DNA of 64,000 nucleotides, taken from assembly GCA_963702425.1 (NCBI GenBank), contig CAVPCQ010000040.1:1-64000 (forward strand). Direction: 5' to 3'. The notes beneath the pieces were generated by a model. It did not search any database. It saw only the letters and a program-made list of their open reading frames with translations, and was not told the origin of the DNA. This DNA is from an uncultured Acidobacteriota bacterium. GTDB taxonomy: Bacteria > Acidobacteriota > Polarisedimenticolia > J045. Positions 12,697 through 24,066 of the stretch are shown here, piece by piece. The translations under genes were made by a program, and so were the position numbers. The stretch's first letter is position 1. Each line of letters begins with the position of its first letter.

Positions 12697-13917
12697 CTAG
12701 AGCCAGTAGCGGAACGCGTAGCCGATCCGCTCCAGGAGCCGCGCGCGCAGCCCGCGCCGCTCGTGCGCCGCCCGATCGACGGAATCGCTTGCGGCCAGAC
12801 CGTCGATCGTCCGGCGCCGGAGCGCCGCCGCGAACTCCGGGTCGACGATCTCGACCACCACCTCGAAGTTGTGCCAGAGCGAGCGCTGGTCGAGGTTGTA
12901 GCTCCCCACGATCGACCAGACGTCGTCGATCACGGCGGTCTTCGAGTGCATCATCCCGTCGGGCCACTCGTGGAGTCCGACGCCGTCGTCGAGCAGCTGC
13001 CGGTAGAGGTGCCGCGAGGCCCAGGCCGCGGCCGCTACGTCGCTCTCGCGGGCCAGCAGCACCCGGACGTCGACTCCGCGCCGCACCGCGTTCGCCAGCG
13101 CCTTCAGGATGACGTGGGACGGGATGAAGTAACCGTTCTCGATCAACACGTAATGAGCGGCGCGTCCGATCGCCTCGAGGTAGGCGCGGCGGATCCGGAA
13201 GCGGTTGCGAACGCTCGCGTTCCCGAGCACGCGCACCAGCACCCCCTGCCTCGGCGGCTGCGGCGCGGAGTGGCTCGCCCGGCGCCGTTCGTGCAGTGCA
13301 GGAACCCGGGTCACGAAGAGGCGATGGGGCCGGCCGCCGTCCGGGGGGAAGTGGTGGGCGCGCCGCCAGCCCGACTCGAACAGCGTCCCCAGGCGGGCCG
13401 CCACCGCGGCACCGGCGATCTCGACGTGCGTGTCGCGCCACCCGCCGTGCGGCCCGGTCGGCAGGTTCTCGTCGCTGACGTTGACGCCGCCGGTGAACGA
13501 CAGCGTCCGGTCGACGATCAGGATCTTGCGGTGGTCGCGGCGGTTGAGCAGCCAGGGCGGTCGCGTCAGCTGGAGCGGGTGGAAGACCGCGACCTCGACG
13601 CCCGCTTCGAGCAGCGGCCGGCGGAACGGGCGATCGATCGACCACGACCCGACCGCGTCATAGAGCAGGCGTACCGCGACCCCGCGGCGCGCGGCGTCGA
13701 CCAGCGCGTCGCGGAACATCCGGCCGGTCCGGTCGGTGGCGAAGATGTAGTTCTCGAAGGCGATCGACTCCTTCGCCTCCGCGATCGCGCGCAGCATCGC
13801 CGGGTAGGTCTCGCTCCCGTCGGAGAGCAGGCGAACCGATTCGGCCCAGAGGAAGGGCTCGGGGTCGCGGCGGCACCAGGCCTCGAGGCCGGAGGAACTC
13901 ACCCGGTCAGGCGACAC
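12697..13917 (-). CDS. Cardiolipin synthase / phospholipase D family
   Basis: Two HKD motifs (RDHRKILIVD, MHSKTAVIDD) plus VGSYNLDQRS. The GTG start is approximate. Confidence 0.88.
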   Translation of the reverse strand: MSPDRVSSSGLEAWCRRDPEPFLWAESVRLLSDGSETYPAMLRAIAEAKESIAFENYIFATDRTGRMFRDALVDAARRGVAVRLLYDAVGSWSIDRPFRRPLLEAGVEVAVFHPLQLTRPPWLLNRRDHRKILIVDRTLSFTGGVNVSDENLPTGPHGGWRDTHVEIAGAAVAARLGTLFESGWRRAHHFPPDGGRPHRLFVTRVPALHERRRASHSAPQPPRQGVLVRVLGNASVRNRFRIRRAYLEAIGRAAHYVLIENGYFIPSHVILKALANAVRRGVDVRVLLARESDVAAAAWASRHLYRQLLDDGVGLHEWPDGMMHSKTAVIDDVWSIVGSYNLDQRSLWHNFEVVVEIVDPEFAAALRRRTIDGLAASDSVDRAAHERRGLRARLLERIGYAFRYWL

Positions 13918-13937
13918 GGTGCCGCGCGCATCCCCCG

Positions 13938-14897
13938 CTACTCCTCGTCCAGCGTGACGAGCCAGCCCTTGCCCGGGTCGTAGAGCGTCATCGCGGATGC
14001 GATCTTCCCGGTCTCCGGCCCGAGGTCCTTCTGGTAGACGAGCCCGTCGTGGTTGACCTGGAAGGTCTGGATCCCCGTGACGCCGTAGTTGGCGGGCCAG
14101 GCGACCATCGCGAAGCCGCCGATCATCGCCCCCTTGACGACGTAGTCGCGCGCGCCGAGCGGGGCGGCGGGCCCCTGCCCTCTCAGGATCCGGAAGTAGT
14201 AGCCGTTGTACGGCTCCGCTTTCGAGGCGTGCCCCTCGGAGAGCGCCTTCGCGACGAACTCGCCGATCGGACCGCCGAGCGTCCCGTCGGCTTCGCGCCA
14301 GCAGAGGCCGTCGTGCTTTCCGGGCGTGCTGATCGACCTCTGGGCGTACTGGAGGATCGTCGAGCCGTCGTGGTACTCGCTCGCATACTCGAACTGGGCC
14401 TCGACGTAGCCGCGGAGGATGTCGATCGCATCGAGCTCGTTGCCACCGATCCTCCGGGCCAGGATCTCGTCCCGGCCCGCCTTCGCGTCGAACAGCCACC
14501 GGCCGTTGCGCTCGATGATCGGGACGGGGTACGGCCACCCGTCCTCACCCAGCAGGAGGATCGCCAACTTCGGGTTGCCGAAGTCGAACTGGATCTCGGT
14601 CTTCTGGCCGGCCCGCTCCGCGAACAGGGCGCGGAGCTGCTTGTCGGCGACCGCGTCCCCCGACTCGATCAGGTCCTTGCCGTCGGGTCCGAACATCGCA
14701 AGCAGCGCGGGCCCGTCATCCGCCGCGGCGGCGGCGATGGCCGCGTCCGCCGCCTGCCTGGGCGAGTCGAAGGTCGTCTGCTTGACCGCGGGGGTGGTCG
14801 GCGCGGCCGCACCGGCCGGCCCCACGGGCACGGCGACCGCCACGGCCAGCAGGACCCCTGCGGCCAGGAAGAACGCCCGCGTCGTTCCGGTGCCCAT
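13938..14897 (-). CDS. DUF2950 family exported protein
   Basis: GWPYPVPI, EILARRIGGNEL, PYNGYYFRIL, AWPANYGVTGIQTF; adjacent to a DUF3300 gene, the usual pairing. Confidence 0.85.
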   Translation of the reverse strand: MGTGTTRAFFLAAGVLLAVAVAVPVGPAGAAAPTTPAVKQTTFDSPRQAADAAIAAAAADDGPALLAMFGPDGKDLIESGDAVADKQLRALFAERAGQKTEIQFDFGNPKLAILLLGEDGWPYPVPIIERNGRWLFDAKAGRDEILARRIGGNELDAIDILRGYVEAQFEYASEYHDGSTILQYAQRSISTPGKHDGLCWREADGTLGGPIGEFVAKALSEGHASKAEPYNGYYFRILRGQGPAAPLGARDYVVKGAMIGGFAMVAWPANYGVTGIQTFQVNHDGLVYQKDLGPETGKIASAMTLYDPGKGWLVTLDEE

Positions 14898-14920
14898 CGT
14901 CGTCCCTCCGGCGCCGCCCA

Positions 14921-16276
14921 TCACCGCCTCCCCCCGCCCCGCCCGCCGCCGCCGCCGCGCGACATGCCTCCGCCGCCACGCGAGGAGGACATGCTCGACG
15001 ATCCGCGCGAGCTGGAAGAGCGGGCCCGGCTCGCGCTCTGCGAGCCGCCATAGCTGCTGCTGCTGGTCGCGCGGGGGGTCGAGGGAACGTTGCGGCTTCC
15101 GACCTGGCTCCCGCTCGTTCCGCGTGACCCGGTGTTTCCGGCACCGGCCGCGGCGCGATTCGTGGAACCCGCGCCGGCGCTGCGGTCCATCGTGCCCGCG
15201 CTGGCGGCGCGGTTCGCGCTGCCGGCCCCGCGATCCATCGTCCCCGCGCTGGCGCCGCGGTTCGCGCCGCCGGCCCCGCGGTCCATCGTCCCCGCGCTGG
15301 GGCCGCGGTTCGCGCTGCCGGTCCTCGCCTGGCGGTTGCCCGCCGAGTTGCCGCCGTACTTGCTGGCCGTCGCCTTGTCCTTGTACGGGACCCCGCCGCG
15401 CTGCTGGGCGTTGTGCTGCCAGTTGCCGTTCCCGCTCCGGTTGATGTTGTTGTTCCGGTTGCTGTTGTTGACGAAGTTGTTGTTGTGGTTGATGTTGATG
15501 TCGTTCCCGCCCCAGCCGCAGCCCCAGCCCCACCCGCCGCTGATCCCGATCCCGACCGCAACCCCCAGCCCGAACCCCAGCCACGCACCGCCGTAGTAGG
15601 GGGGCGGGTAGTAGATCGGCGGGTAGGGGTAGTAGGCGGGAGCGCCCCAGATGACGGTCGGGTTGTACGTCGGAACGTAGATCACTTCGGGATTGGCCGG
15701 CTGGATCACGACGACCGTCTGGCCGGCCTCCGTCGTCGTCTCCACCTTCTGCTGCTCGGTGGACGCGAGCTTGCCGTCGTCTTTCGCCGTCCGGCGCAGC
15801 TGCTGGACGGCGGCCATCACGTCCTCCTGCTGCGCGAGGAAGGCGTCACCGAGGTCCTTCGTCCACGAGATGTTGTCGCCCAGGAGCTTGAGCGCGTCGG
15901 GCAGCAGGACCAGCGCCTGGACGCTGGGGTCCCAGGGCTGCTGCTCGGCGGCCTTCGCCAGCGCGTCGCCCTTGAGCTTCTCGTTCTTGGCCAGCCACTG
16001 CTGCGCCTGGACGATGTCGAGCGGGTAGGTCGACGCCACCAGGACCTGCGCCAGGAGCGGGTCCGGGTAGAGCGCGATCGGCGCGACCAGCGCGTTGAGC
16101 TGGTCGGCCGTGAGCTTGGCGGCCTCCGGCTCGGCGGCCGCGGGCGCCGCGGGAGCCGGCGCTGCCTGCTGGGCCAGGAGCATCGTGTCGGCCGGGATCA
16201 GCAGGAGGCTCAGGACGGCGGCGAGGATCCTCGCGTACTGCCCCCGGCGTCCCGTGCGCGGCAACTGGCTCGTCAT
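14921..16276 (-). CDS. DUF3300 family exported protein with Gly/Arg/Ser-rich tail
   Basis: LVAPIALYPDPLLAQVLVASTYP, WDPSVQAL, VIQPANPEVIYVPTYNP. Confidence 0.88.
   Translation of the reverse strand: MTSQLPRTGRRGQYARILAAVLSLLLIPADTMLLAQQAAPAPAAPAAAEPEAAKLTADQLNALVAPIALYPDPLLAQVLVASTYPLDIVQAQQWLAKNEKLKGDALAKAAEQQPWDPSVQALVLLPDALKLLGDNISWTKDLGDAFLAQQEDVMAAVQQLRRTAKDDGKLASTEQQKVETTTEAGQTVVVIQPANPEVIYVPTYNPTVIWGAPAYYPYPPIYYPPPYYGGAWLGFGLGVAVGIGISGGWGWGCGWGGNDININHNNNFVNNSNRNNNINRSGNGNWQHNAQQRGGVPYKDKATASKYGGNSAGNRQARTGSANRGPSAGTMDRGAGGANRGASAGTMDRGAGSANRAASAGTMDRSAGAGSTNRAAAGAGNTGSRGTSGSQVGSRNVPSTPRATSSSSYGGSQSASRARSSSSRGSSSMSSSRGGGGMSRGGGGGRGGGRR
15166..15312 (-). repeat. Three 48-bp coding tandem repeats (NRGxSAGTMDRGAGxA) in the DUF3300 tail
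   Basis: Visible in both the translation and the DNA (ccatcgtccccgcgctgg...gcggttcgcgc). Confidence 0.8.
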
Positions 16277-16549
16277 ATCGTCCTCCTCGGTCGCTGTCGG
16301 AACCCCGAGTTTAGCGCGGAGGGAACCTGCGGCGAAGAGACTCGGTCCGGCCTCCGGCGGAAGCCCGGGCGCCGGCGGGCCGCTGCGAACGGCTCGCAGA
16401 CCGGCGGTAACCCCAAGCGCGCCCTCGTCACGCCAGGCCCCCGATCCCTGACGGGAGAGTTATCCTCGGGCGCAGGAGCGCCCCACGACGATGGACCGGC
16501 GGCTCCACGCTGGCGATGGCCAATCTACGATCCGGGAGAGGGAGGCGAG

Positions 16550-17832
16550 ATGAGCGCGAGTCGGAGAATCGGGCGGGTCGGGACCAGCCGATGGGTCCTC
16601 GCAGTGGCGATGCTTCTGGCGGCGGGTTCGGCGGCTGCCCTCGCGCAGGAGACCCCGGGCCTGGAGCCGGGACAGGCCGAGTTCAAGGAGGGGGTGCAGC
16701 CCGGCGGGCCTCGGATGGAGATCTACGGCTTCATCATGGCCGACGCGATCTATGATTTCAAACAGGTCAATCCCGACTGGTACGACGTGCTCCGGCCGAC
16801 CAAGCTGCCCGCCTACCCCGACGAATTCGGTGCCGACGGGAACACCTGGTTCAGCGTCCGGCAGAGCCGCTTCGGCGTGAAGGCCTGGATCCCCGCCGGG
16901 AAGTACGAGATCAAGACGATCTTCGAGTTCGACCTGTTCGGCGTCGGCGCCGACGCCGGCCAGACCACGATCCGGATCCGGCAGCTCTACGGCGAAATCG
17001 GCCAGTTCGGAGCGGGCCAGTACTGGAGCCCGTTCATGGACGTCGACGTCTTCCCCAACACGATCGAGTACTGGGGCCCCAACGGGATGGTCTTCTACCG
17101 CAACGTCCAGGTGCGTTGGATGCCGATCCAGGGCGACTCGTTCCTGACGATCGCGCTCGAGCGACCGGGCGCCAGCGCCGACGCCGGCGAGTACTCGGAC
17201 CGCGTCGAGCTGGAAGGGATCAAGCCGCACTTCCCCTACCCCGACCTGTCGGCGGAGTACCGCTATGCCGGCAAGTGGGGCTACGTCGAAGCCGCCGGGA
17301 TCCTGCGCCGAATCGAGTGGGAAGACACCCTGAACGACGAGTACGACCTCTCCGGCGGCGTGACCGGCTGGGGGATCAACCTCAGCTCGAACATCAAGGC
17401 CGGGTCGAAGGACGTGATCAAGCTCCAGTACGCCTACGGCGAGGGGATCGAGAACTACATGAACGACGCCCCCGTCGACGTCGGCGTCGAGGAGGACTTC
17501 GGCAACAGCTCGGCGCCGATCAAGGGCGTGGCGCTGCCCGTGACCGGCATCGTCGCCTACCTCGATCACACCTGGAACGACAAGTGGACCAGCGCAATCG
17601 GCTACTCGATGCTCAGCGTCGACAACAGCAATGGCCAGGAGCCGGCCGCTTTCCATTACGGGCAGTACGCGTCCGTCAACCTGCTCTACTACCCGGCCAA
17701 GGCCATGATGGCCGGCGCCGAGTTCCTGTGGGGCTCCCGCGAGAACTACTCGGACGGCTGGAGCACGGACGACTACCGGATCCAGTTCTCCTTCAAGTAC
17801 AACTTCTCGACCATGCTGGGGGGGAAGCCCAA

Positions 17833-17836
<4 letters not shown>
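16550..17836 (+). CDS. DcaP-like outer-membrane channel/porin
   Basis: Signal peptide, IYGFIMAD, FSVRQSRFGVK, alternating beta-strand pattern, near-terminal FSFKYNF; first gene of the aspartate operon. Confidence 0.75.
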
Positions 17837-19238
<1,402 letters not shown>

Positions 19239-19242
<4 letters not shown>

Positions 19243-19760
19243 GGCGCACTGCCGCCGCGCTCGCCGGCCTTCTGGCGCTCGTGGCGGGCCACCAGGTCGT
19301 GACGGGCACACCTCCCCCTGCGCCCGCTCCGACCGGGTGGCAGTCTTTCGAAGGGACTTGGTCGGCCGCGGGCCGCCGTTACCTGATCGAGATCGAGGGC
19401 GGCGGCCGCGCCGTCATCGTCGAAGTCTCGGGCGCGATCGTCCTGGCGCCCGGGAGCGGGCTGGGCCGCGGCTTCCAGGGCCGGACGATCGGATACGACG
19501 ACGGCCAGGGGCTGAGCGTGGGCCGCACCGTCTGGACCGACGAGCACGGCGACCGGATCTACAGCCGCGTGCGGGGCGAGCAGCTGGAGACGGGCCGCCG
19601 GCTGGTCGGCACGATCACCGGCGGAACGGGCCGCTACGCGGGCCTCGAGGGGGAGTATTCCCTCACGTGGCAATACGTGATCGAGGGCGACGACGGCGCG
19701 TTCCAGGTCCGGGCCGTCGGACTGACCGGGCGTTTCCGCCGCGCCGGAGCGTCGCCGTGA
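19239..19760 (+). CDS. Exported hypothetical beta-rich protein
   Basis: Signal peptide, ITGGTGRYAGLEG motif, translationally coupled to aspA and the DASS gene. Confidence 0.7.
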
Positions 19761-21172
19761 GCGGGGCGTCCCCCGCGCGCCGGACGTTCGTCCTGCGCGC
19801 CGCCGTCGTCGCGCTGGCGCTGGCGATCTGGTTCTCGCCGGTGCCGGAAGGGCTCGTCCCGGCGGCCTGGCACCTCTTCGGGCTCTTCCTCGCCGCGATC
19901 GTCTCGGTCGTGATCGGCGCCTTCCCGATCCTGACCGCATCCGTGCTCGCGCTCGCGGCGGCCGTCCTGACCGGCACGCTCGCCCCCGCCAAGGCCTACT
20001 CCGGCTTCGCCAACGGGACGATCCTGCTGATCGTCGTCGCCTTCCTCGTCGCCCGCGCCGTCGTGAAGTGCGGCCTGGGCGAGCGCCTCGGCCACCTCGT
20101 AGTGAGCCTGTTCGGGCGTTCCACGCTGGGCCTCGGCTACAGCATCTTCCTGGTCGACGGCGTGATCGCGCCGGCCTTCCCCAGCAACACCGCGCGCTCC
20201 GGCGTGCTCTACCCGCTCGCGCTGTCGGTGGCCGAGGCGGCCGGCGCGAAGCTCGACCGGCCGGACCGGCGACGCCTCGGCAGCTTCCTGATGTTCTCCG
20301 GGATGGCCAGCCTGACCGTCTCGTCGGCGCTGTGGCTGACGGCGATGGCGGCCAACCCGCTGGGATCCGAGATCGCGCGCGGCTACGGCCTGACGATCGG
20401 CTTCGGCTCCTGGCTCGTCGCCTCGTCGGTGCCGACGCTCGCGGCGATGGCACTGCTGCCGCTCTTCCTCTACAAGCTCATCAAGCCCGAGGTCACGGCG
20501 ACGCCGGAGGCCCCGCCCGCCGCGCGCCGGGCGCTGGCCGCGATGGGCGCGCTGCGCCGGGACGAGAAGATCGTCGCGGCGACCTTCGTCGGCATGGTGG
20601 CGCTCTGGGCCTCGGCGGCGACGCTCGGGCTCGACTCGACGGCGATCGCGTTCCTCGGGCTCGGCGTGCTGTTGACGACCGGGGTCCTGACGCTCGCCGA
20701 CATCGCGAAGGAAGGGGACGTCCTCGCGACCTTCATCTGGTTCGCGGTCCTCTTCACGCTGAGCGGCCAGCTCAACGAGCTGGGCTTCATGAGCTACCTC
20801 GGCGAGCGGCTGGCCGGCGGGTTCGGGGGGCTCTCCCCGCTCGTGACCGGCCTGATGCTCGTGCTGGCCTACGTCCTGCTCCACTACCTGTTCGTCAGCC
20901 AGACCGCGCATCTTCTGGCGCTCTTTGGCGTGTTCCTCGACGTCGGCGTCAAGCTCGGCGTGCCGGTCGCGCCGCTCGCCTTCCAGCTGCTGTTCGCCAC
21001 CAACTACTTCTCCGCCAACACGCCGCAGGGTTCCAGCGCGAACCTGCTGTTCGCCGGGAGCGGCTACCTGACCCAGGCCGAGCTGTACAAGCTGGGGGCC
21101 CTCACGACGGCCTTCAACCTGCTCGTGTACCTCGTGGTGGGCCTGCCGTGGCTGCTGTTCGTGACCCGCTAG
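19757..21172 (+). CDS. DASS family dicarboxylate/anion transporter
   Basis: AWHLFGLF, PAFPSNTARSG, LTAMAANP, LHYLFVSQTAH; multi-TM. Confidence 0.88.
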   Translation: MSGASPARRTFVLRAAVVALALAIWFSPVPEGLVPAAWHLFGLFLAAIVSVVIGAFPILTASVLALAAAVLTGTLAPAKAYSGFANGTILLIVVAFLVARAVVKCGLGERLGHLVVSLFGRSTLGLGYSIFLVDGVIAPAFPSNTARSGVLYPLALSVAEAAGAKLDRPDRRRLGSFLMFSGMASLTVSSALWLTAMAANPLGSEIARGYGLTIGFGSWLVASSVPTLAAMALLPLFLYKLIKPEVTATPEAPPAARRALAAMGALRRDEKIVAATFVGMVALWASAATLGLDSTAIAFLGLGVLLTTGVLTLADIAKEGDVLATFIWFAVLFTLSGQLNELGFMSYLGERLAGGFGGLSPLVTGLMLVLAYVLLHYLFVSQTAHLLALFGVFLDVGVKLGVPVAPLAFQLLFATNYFSANTPQGSSANLLFAGSGYLTQAELYKLGALTTAFNLLVYLVVGLPWLLFVTR

Positions 21173-21191
21173 GACCCGGGAGGGACGCGCG

Positions 21192-22868
21192 ATGGACTGG
21201 TTCGTCACCACGCTCCGCGAGAATCCGGAACTCGCGATCTTCCTGACGCTCGCGATCGGTTTCGTGCTGGGCCGGATCCGGGTGGGGAGCTTCCGGCTGG
21301 GGAACGTCGTCGGCACGCTGCTGGCCGGCGTGCTCGTCGGCCAGCTCGCGATCCCGATCGCTCCCGTCGTCAAGACGACCTTCTTCGCGCTCTTCCTGTT
21401 CGCGACCGGTTACAAGGTCGGCCCGCAGTTCTTCCGCGGCCTGAAGAAGGCGGCGCTGACGCAGATCCTGCTCACGGCCGTGCTCTGCGTCACGAGTCTC
21501 GTCGTGGCCGTGATCGCCTCCCGGCTGATGGGCTACGACGTCGGGACCGCGGCCGGGCTGCTGGCCGGCGCCTTCACCGAGTCGACGATCATCGGTACCG
21601 CGGGCAACACGATCGCCCGCCTCGACCTGCCGGAGGCGCAGAGGACCGCGCTGGTGAACAACATCCCGGTCGCCTACGCGGTGAGCTACCTGGTGGGGAC
21701 CGGCTTCGTCGTCTGGTTCCTTTCCAGCCTCGCGCCGCGGCTGATGAAGGTCGACCTCAGGGCCGAGAGCCGGAAGCTGGAGGAGGAGTCGGGCTCGCTC
21801 TCCGGCCCCGAGAACGGCGTGCAGTCGGCCTACCGGGAATGGGTGATCCGGGCCTTCCGGCTGCCCGACGCGCTGGCGGGGCGCAGCGTCGTGGAGGCCG
21901 AAGTCGCGTTCGCGCCGGCCCGCGTGTTCGTGGAGCGCGTCCGCCGCGGAAGCGAGCTCCTCGAGGCGGCGCCCGACCTCGTGCTGCGCACGGGCGATGT
22001 CGTGGCCCTCGGCGCGCGGCGCGAGGTGCTGCTGGGCACGCGGCACCGCTTCACGGAAGAGGTCGAGGACCGCGAGCTGCTCGACTTCCCGGTCGTCGCG
22101 TACGACGTCGTCGTGACGAATCGCGACGCCGCGGAGCGGACTCTGCTCTCGTTGGCCGAGCAGCACGGGCGCGGCGTCGCGCTGCTGAGGCTCGTCCGCG
22201 CCGGCGAGGAGATCCCGTTCGGTCCCGCCACGACCGTGAACCGGGGCGACATCCTGAGGCTGGCCGGCGCCCAGTGGGACGTGGAGCGCGCCGGGAAGGA
22301 GCTCGGTTATGTCGAGCGGCCGTCGAGCGAGACCGACGTCGTCTTCGTCGGCCTCGGCATCCTGCTCGGCGGGCTGCTCGGGGTCCTGACCCTGCGGGTC
22401 GGTGACCTCCCCCTGAGCCTCACCGCCAGCGGCGGCGCGCTGATCATGGGGCTCGTCTTCGGCTGGCTGCGGTCGGTCCGCCCCACGTTCGGGCGGATCC
22501 CCGAGCCGGCGCTCTGGGTCTTCGACACGGTCGGCCTCGCGGTCTTCATCGGCGTCGTCGGGATCGGCGCGGGGCCCAGCTTCGTCGCCGGGCTGCGCGC
22601 GACCGGGCCCAGCCTCCTGTTCGTCGGGCTCGCGGTCGCCCTGACGCCGCACATCGTCGCCGTCCTGTTTGGCCGCTACGTCCTGAAGATGAACCCCGTG
22701 ATCCTGCTCGGGGCCTGTGCGGGGGCGGGAACCGTCACCGCCGCGCTGCGCGCGATCCAGGACGAAGCAGGCAGCAAGCTCCCCGTCCTCGGCTACACCG
22801 TCCCCTACGCCGTCGGCAACATCCTGCTCACGGCGTGGGGGCCGGTCATCGTCCTGCTCATGCAATAG
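21192..22868 (+). CDS. aspT: Aspartate:alanine antiporter (AAE family)
   Basis: ELAIFLTLAIG, GYKVGPQFF, AVSYLVGT, GYTVPYAVGNILLT; two hydrophobic halves separated by TrkA-C-like domains. Confidence 0.85.
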   Translation: MDWFVTTLRENPELAIFLTLAIGFVLGRIRVGSFRLGNVVGTLLAGVLVGQLAIPIAPVVKTTFFALFLFATGYKVGPQFFRGLKKAALTQILLTAVLCVTSLVVAVIASRLMGYDVGTAAGLLAGAFTESTIIGTAGNTIARLDLPEAQRTALVNNIPVAYAVSYLVGTGFVVWFLSSLAPRLMKVDLRAESRKLEEESGSLSGPENGVQSAYREWVIRAFRLPDALAGRSVVEAEVAFAPARVFVERVRRGSELLEAAPDLVLRTGDVVALGARREVLLGTRHRFTEEVEDRELLDFPVVAYDVVVTNRDAAERTLLSLAEQHGRGVALLRLVRAGEEIPFGPATTVNRGDILRLAGAQWDVERAGKELGYVERPSSETDVVFVGLGILLGGLLGVLTLRVGDLPLSLTASGGALIMGLVFGWLRSVRPTFGRIPEPALWVFDTVGLAVFIGVVGIGAGPSFVAGLRATGPSLLFVGLAVALTPHIVAVLFGRYVLKMNPVILLGACAGAGTVTAALRAIQDEAGSKLPVLGYTVPYAVGNILLTAWGPVIVLLMQ

Positions 22869-22879
22869 GAGAGACACCG

Positions 22880-23983
22880 ATGATGAAGCGTCCCGCTCTG
22901 CTCTTCGCTCTGACCCTTGCTGTCGCGGTCTCTGGCGCGTGGTCCGCGCTCGCCGCCCCCGCGCCGCAGACCGCCGCCCCCGCGGCCCAGGCGTCCCTGC
23001 CGAAGGTCGCGATCCTCGCCACCGGCGGCACGATCGCCGGCGTCCAGCCCAAGGAGGGCGACCCGGGCTACAAGTCCGGCAGCCTCTCGATCGATTCCCT
23101 GATCGGCGCCGCGCCCGGCGTCGACAAGCTGGCCCGTCTCGAAGGCGAGCAGATCGCCAGCATCGGCAGCCAGGACATGAACGACGCGGTCTGGTTCAAG
23201 CTCGCCCGGCGGGTCAACGAGGTACTTGCCAAGCCTGACATCGCCGGGATCGTCATCACGCACGGCACCGATACGCTCGAGGAGACCGGCTTCTTCCTGG
23301 GCCTCGTGACGAAGAGCGACAAGCCGGTCGTCCTCGTCGGCTCGATGCGCCCCGCCACCTCGACCAGCCCGGACGGCCCGCTCAACCTCTACAACGGCGT
23401 GGCCGTCGCGGCCGACCCGGCGGCGAAAGGCCTCGGGATCCTGGTCGTCGCCAACGACGACCTGCACTCGGCGCGCTACATCCAGAAGACCAACACGACG
23501 GACGTGCAGACCTTCATCTCGACCGGCCGCGGCGCGCTGGGCGAGGCCTATTACGGCAAGATGATCCTCTACGGCGCTCCGACCAACCGCCACACGACGA
23601 AGAGCGAGTTCTCGCTCGACGGCCTCACCACCCTGCCGCGCGTCGACATCGTCTACGCCTACGAGAACGTCGACGGATCGCAGGTCAAGGCCGCGGTCGC
23701 GGCGGGGGCCAAGGGGATCGTCCTGGCCGGCGTCGGCGACGGCAACGGGACCCAGGCGCTGATCGACGCGCTGGCCGAGGCGGCGAAGCAGGGGGTCGTG
23801 GTCGTCCGCAGCTCGCGGGTCGGCAGCGGGATCGTGCGCCGCAACATCGAGCTGAACGACGACAAGCTGGGGTTCGTGGCGGGGATGGACCTGAATCCCG
23901 CGAAAGCGCGGGTGCTGCTGCGCCTGGCGCTGACGAAGACGACGGACGTCAAGGTGATTCAGCGCACATTCGAGGAGTACTGA
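22880..23983 (+). CDS. ansB: Type II (exported) L-asparaginase
   Basis: Signal peptide, ILATGGTIAG, IGSQDM, ITHGTDTLEET, VGSMRP, LNPAKARVLL. Confidence 0.92.
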   Translation: MMKRPALLFALTLAVAVSGAWSALAAPAPQTAAPAAQASLPKVAILATGGTIAGVQPKEGDPGYKSGSLSIDSLIGAAPGVDKLARLEGEQIASIGSQDMNDAVWFKLARRVNEVLAKPDIAGIVITHGTDTLEETGFFLGLVTKSDKPVVLVGSMRPATSTSPDGPLNLYNGVAVAADPAAKGLGILVVANDDLHSARYIQKTNTTDVQTFISTGRGALGEAYYGKMILYGAPTNRHTTKSEFSLDGLTTLPRVDIVYAYENVDGSQVKAAVAAGAKGIVLAGVGDGNGTQALIDALAEAAKQGVVVVRSSRVGSGIVRRNIELNDDKLGFVAGMDLNPAKARVLLRLALTKTTDVKVIQRTFEEY

Positions 23984-23991
23984 GCCGCGCC

Positions 23992-24025
23992 GCCGCCCGC
24001 CGATCGGGCTGACCGGCGGGCGGCA
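23992..24025. terminator. GC-rich hairpin between converging ansB and mltF
   Basis: Inverted repeat gccgcccgccg...cggcgggcggc just after the ansB stop. Confidence 0.5.
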
Positions 24026-24066
24026 GCACCTTCTCTTCGAGCGACTCGCGGGGCGTCGCTGCGAAC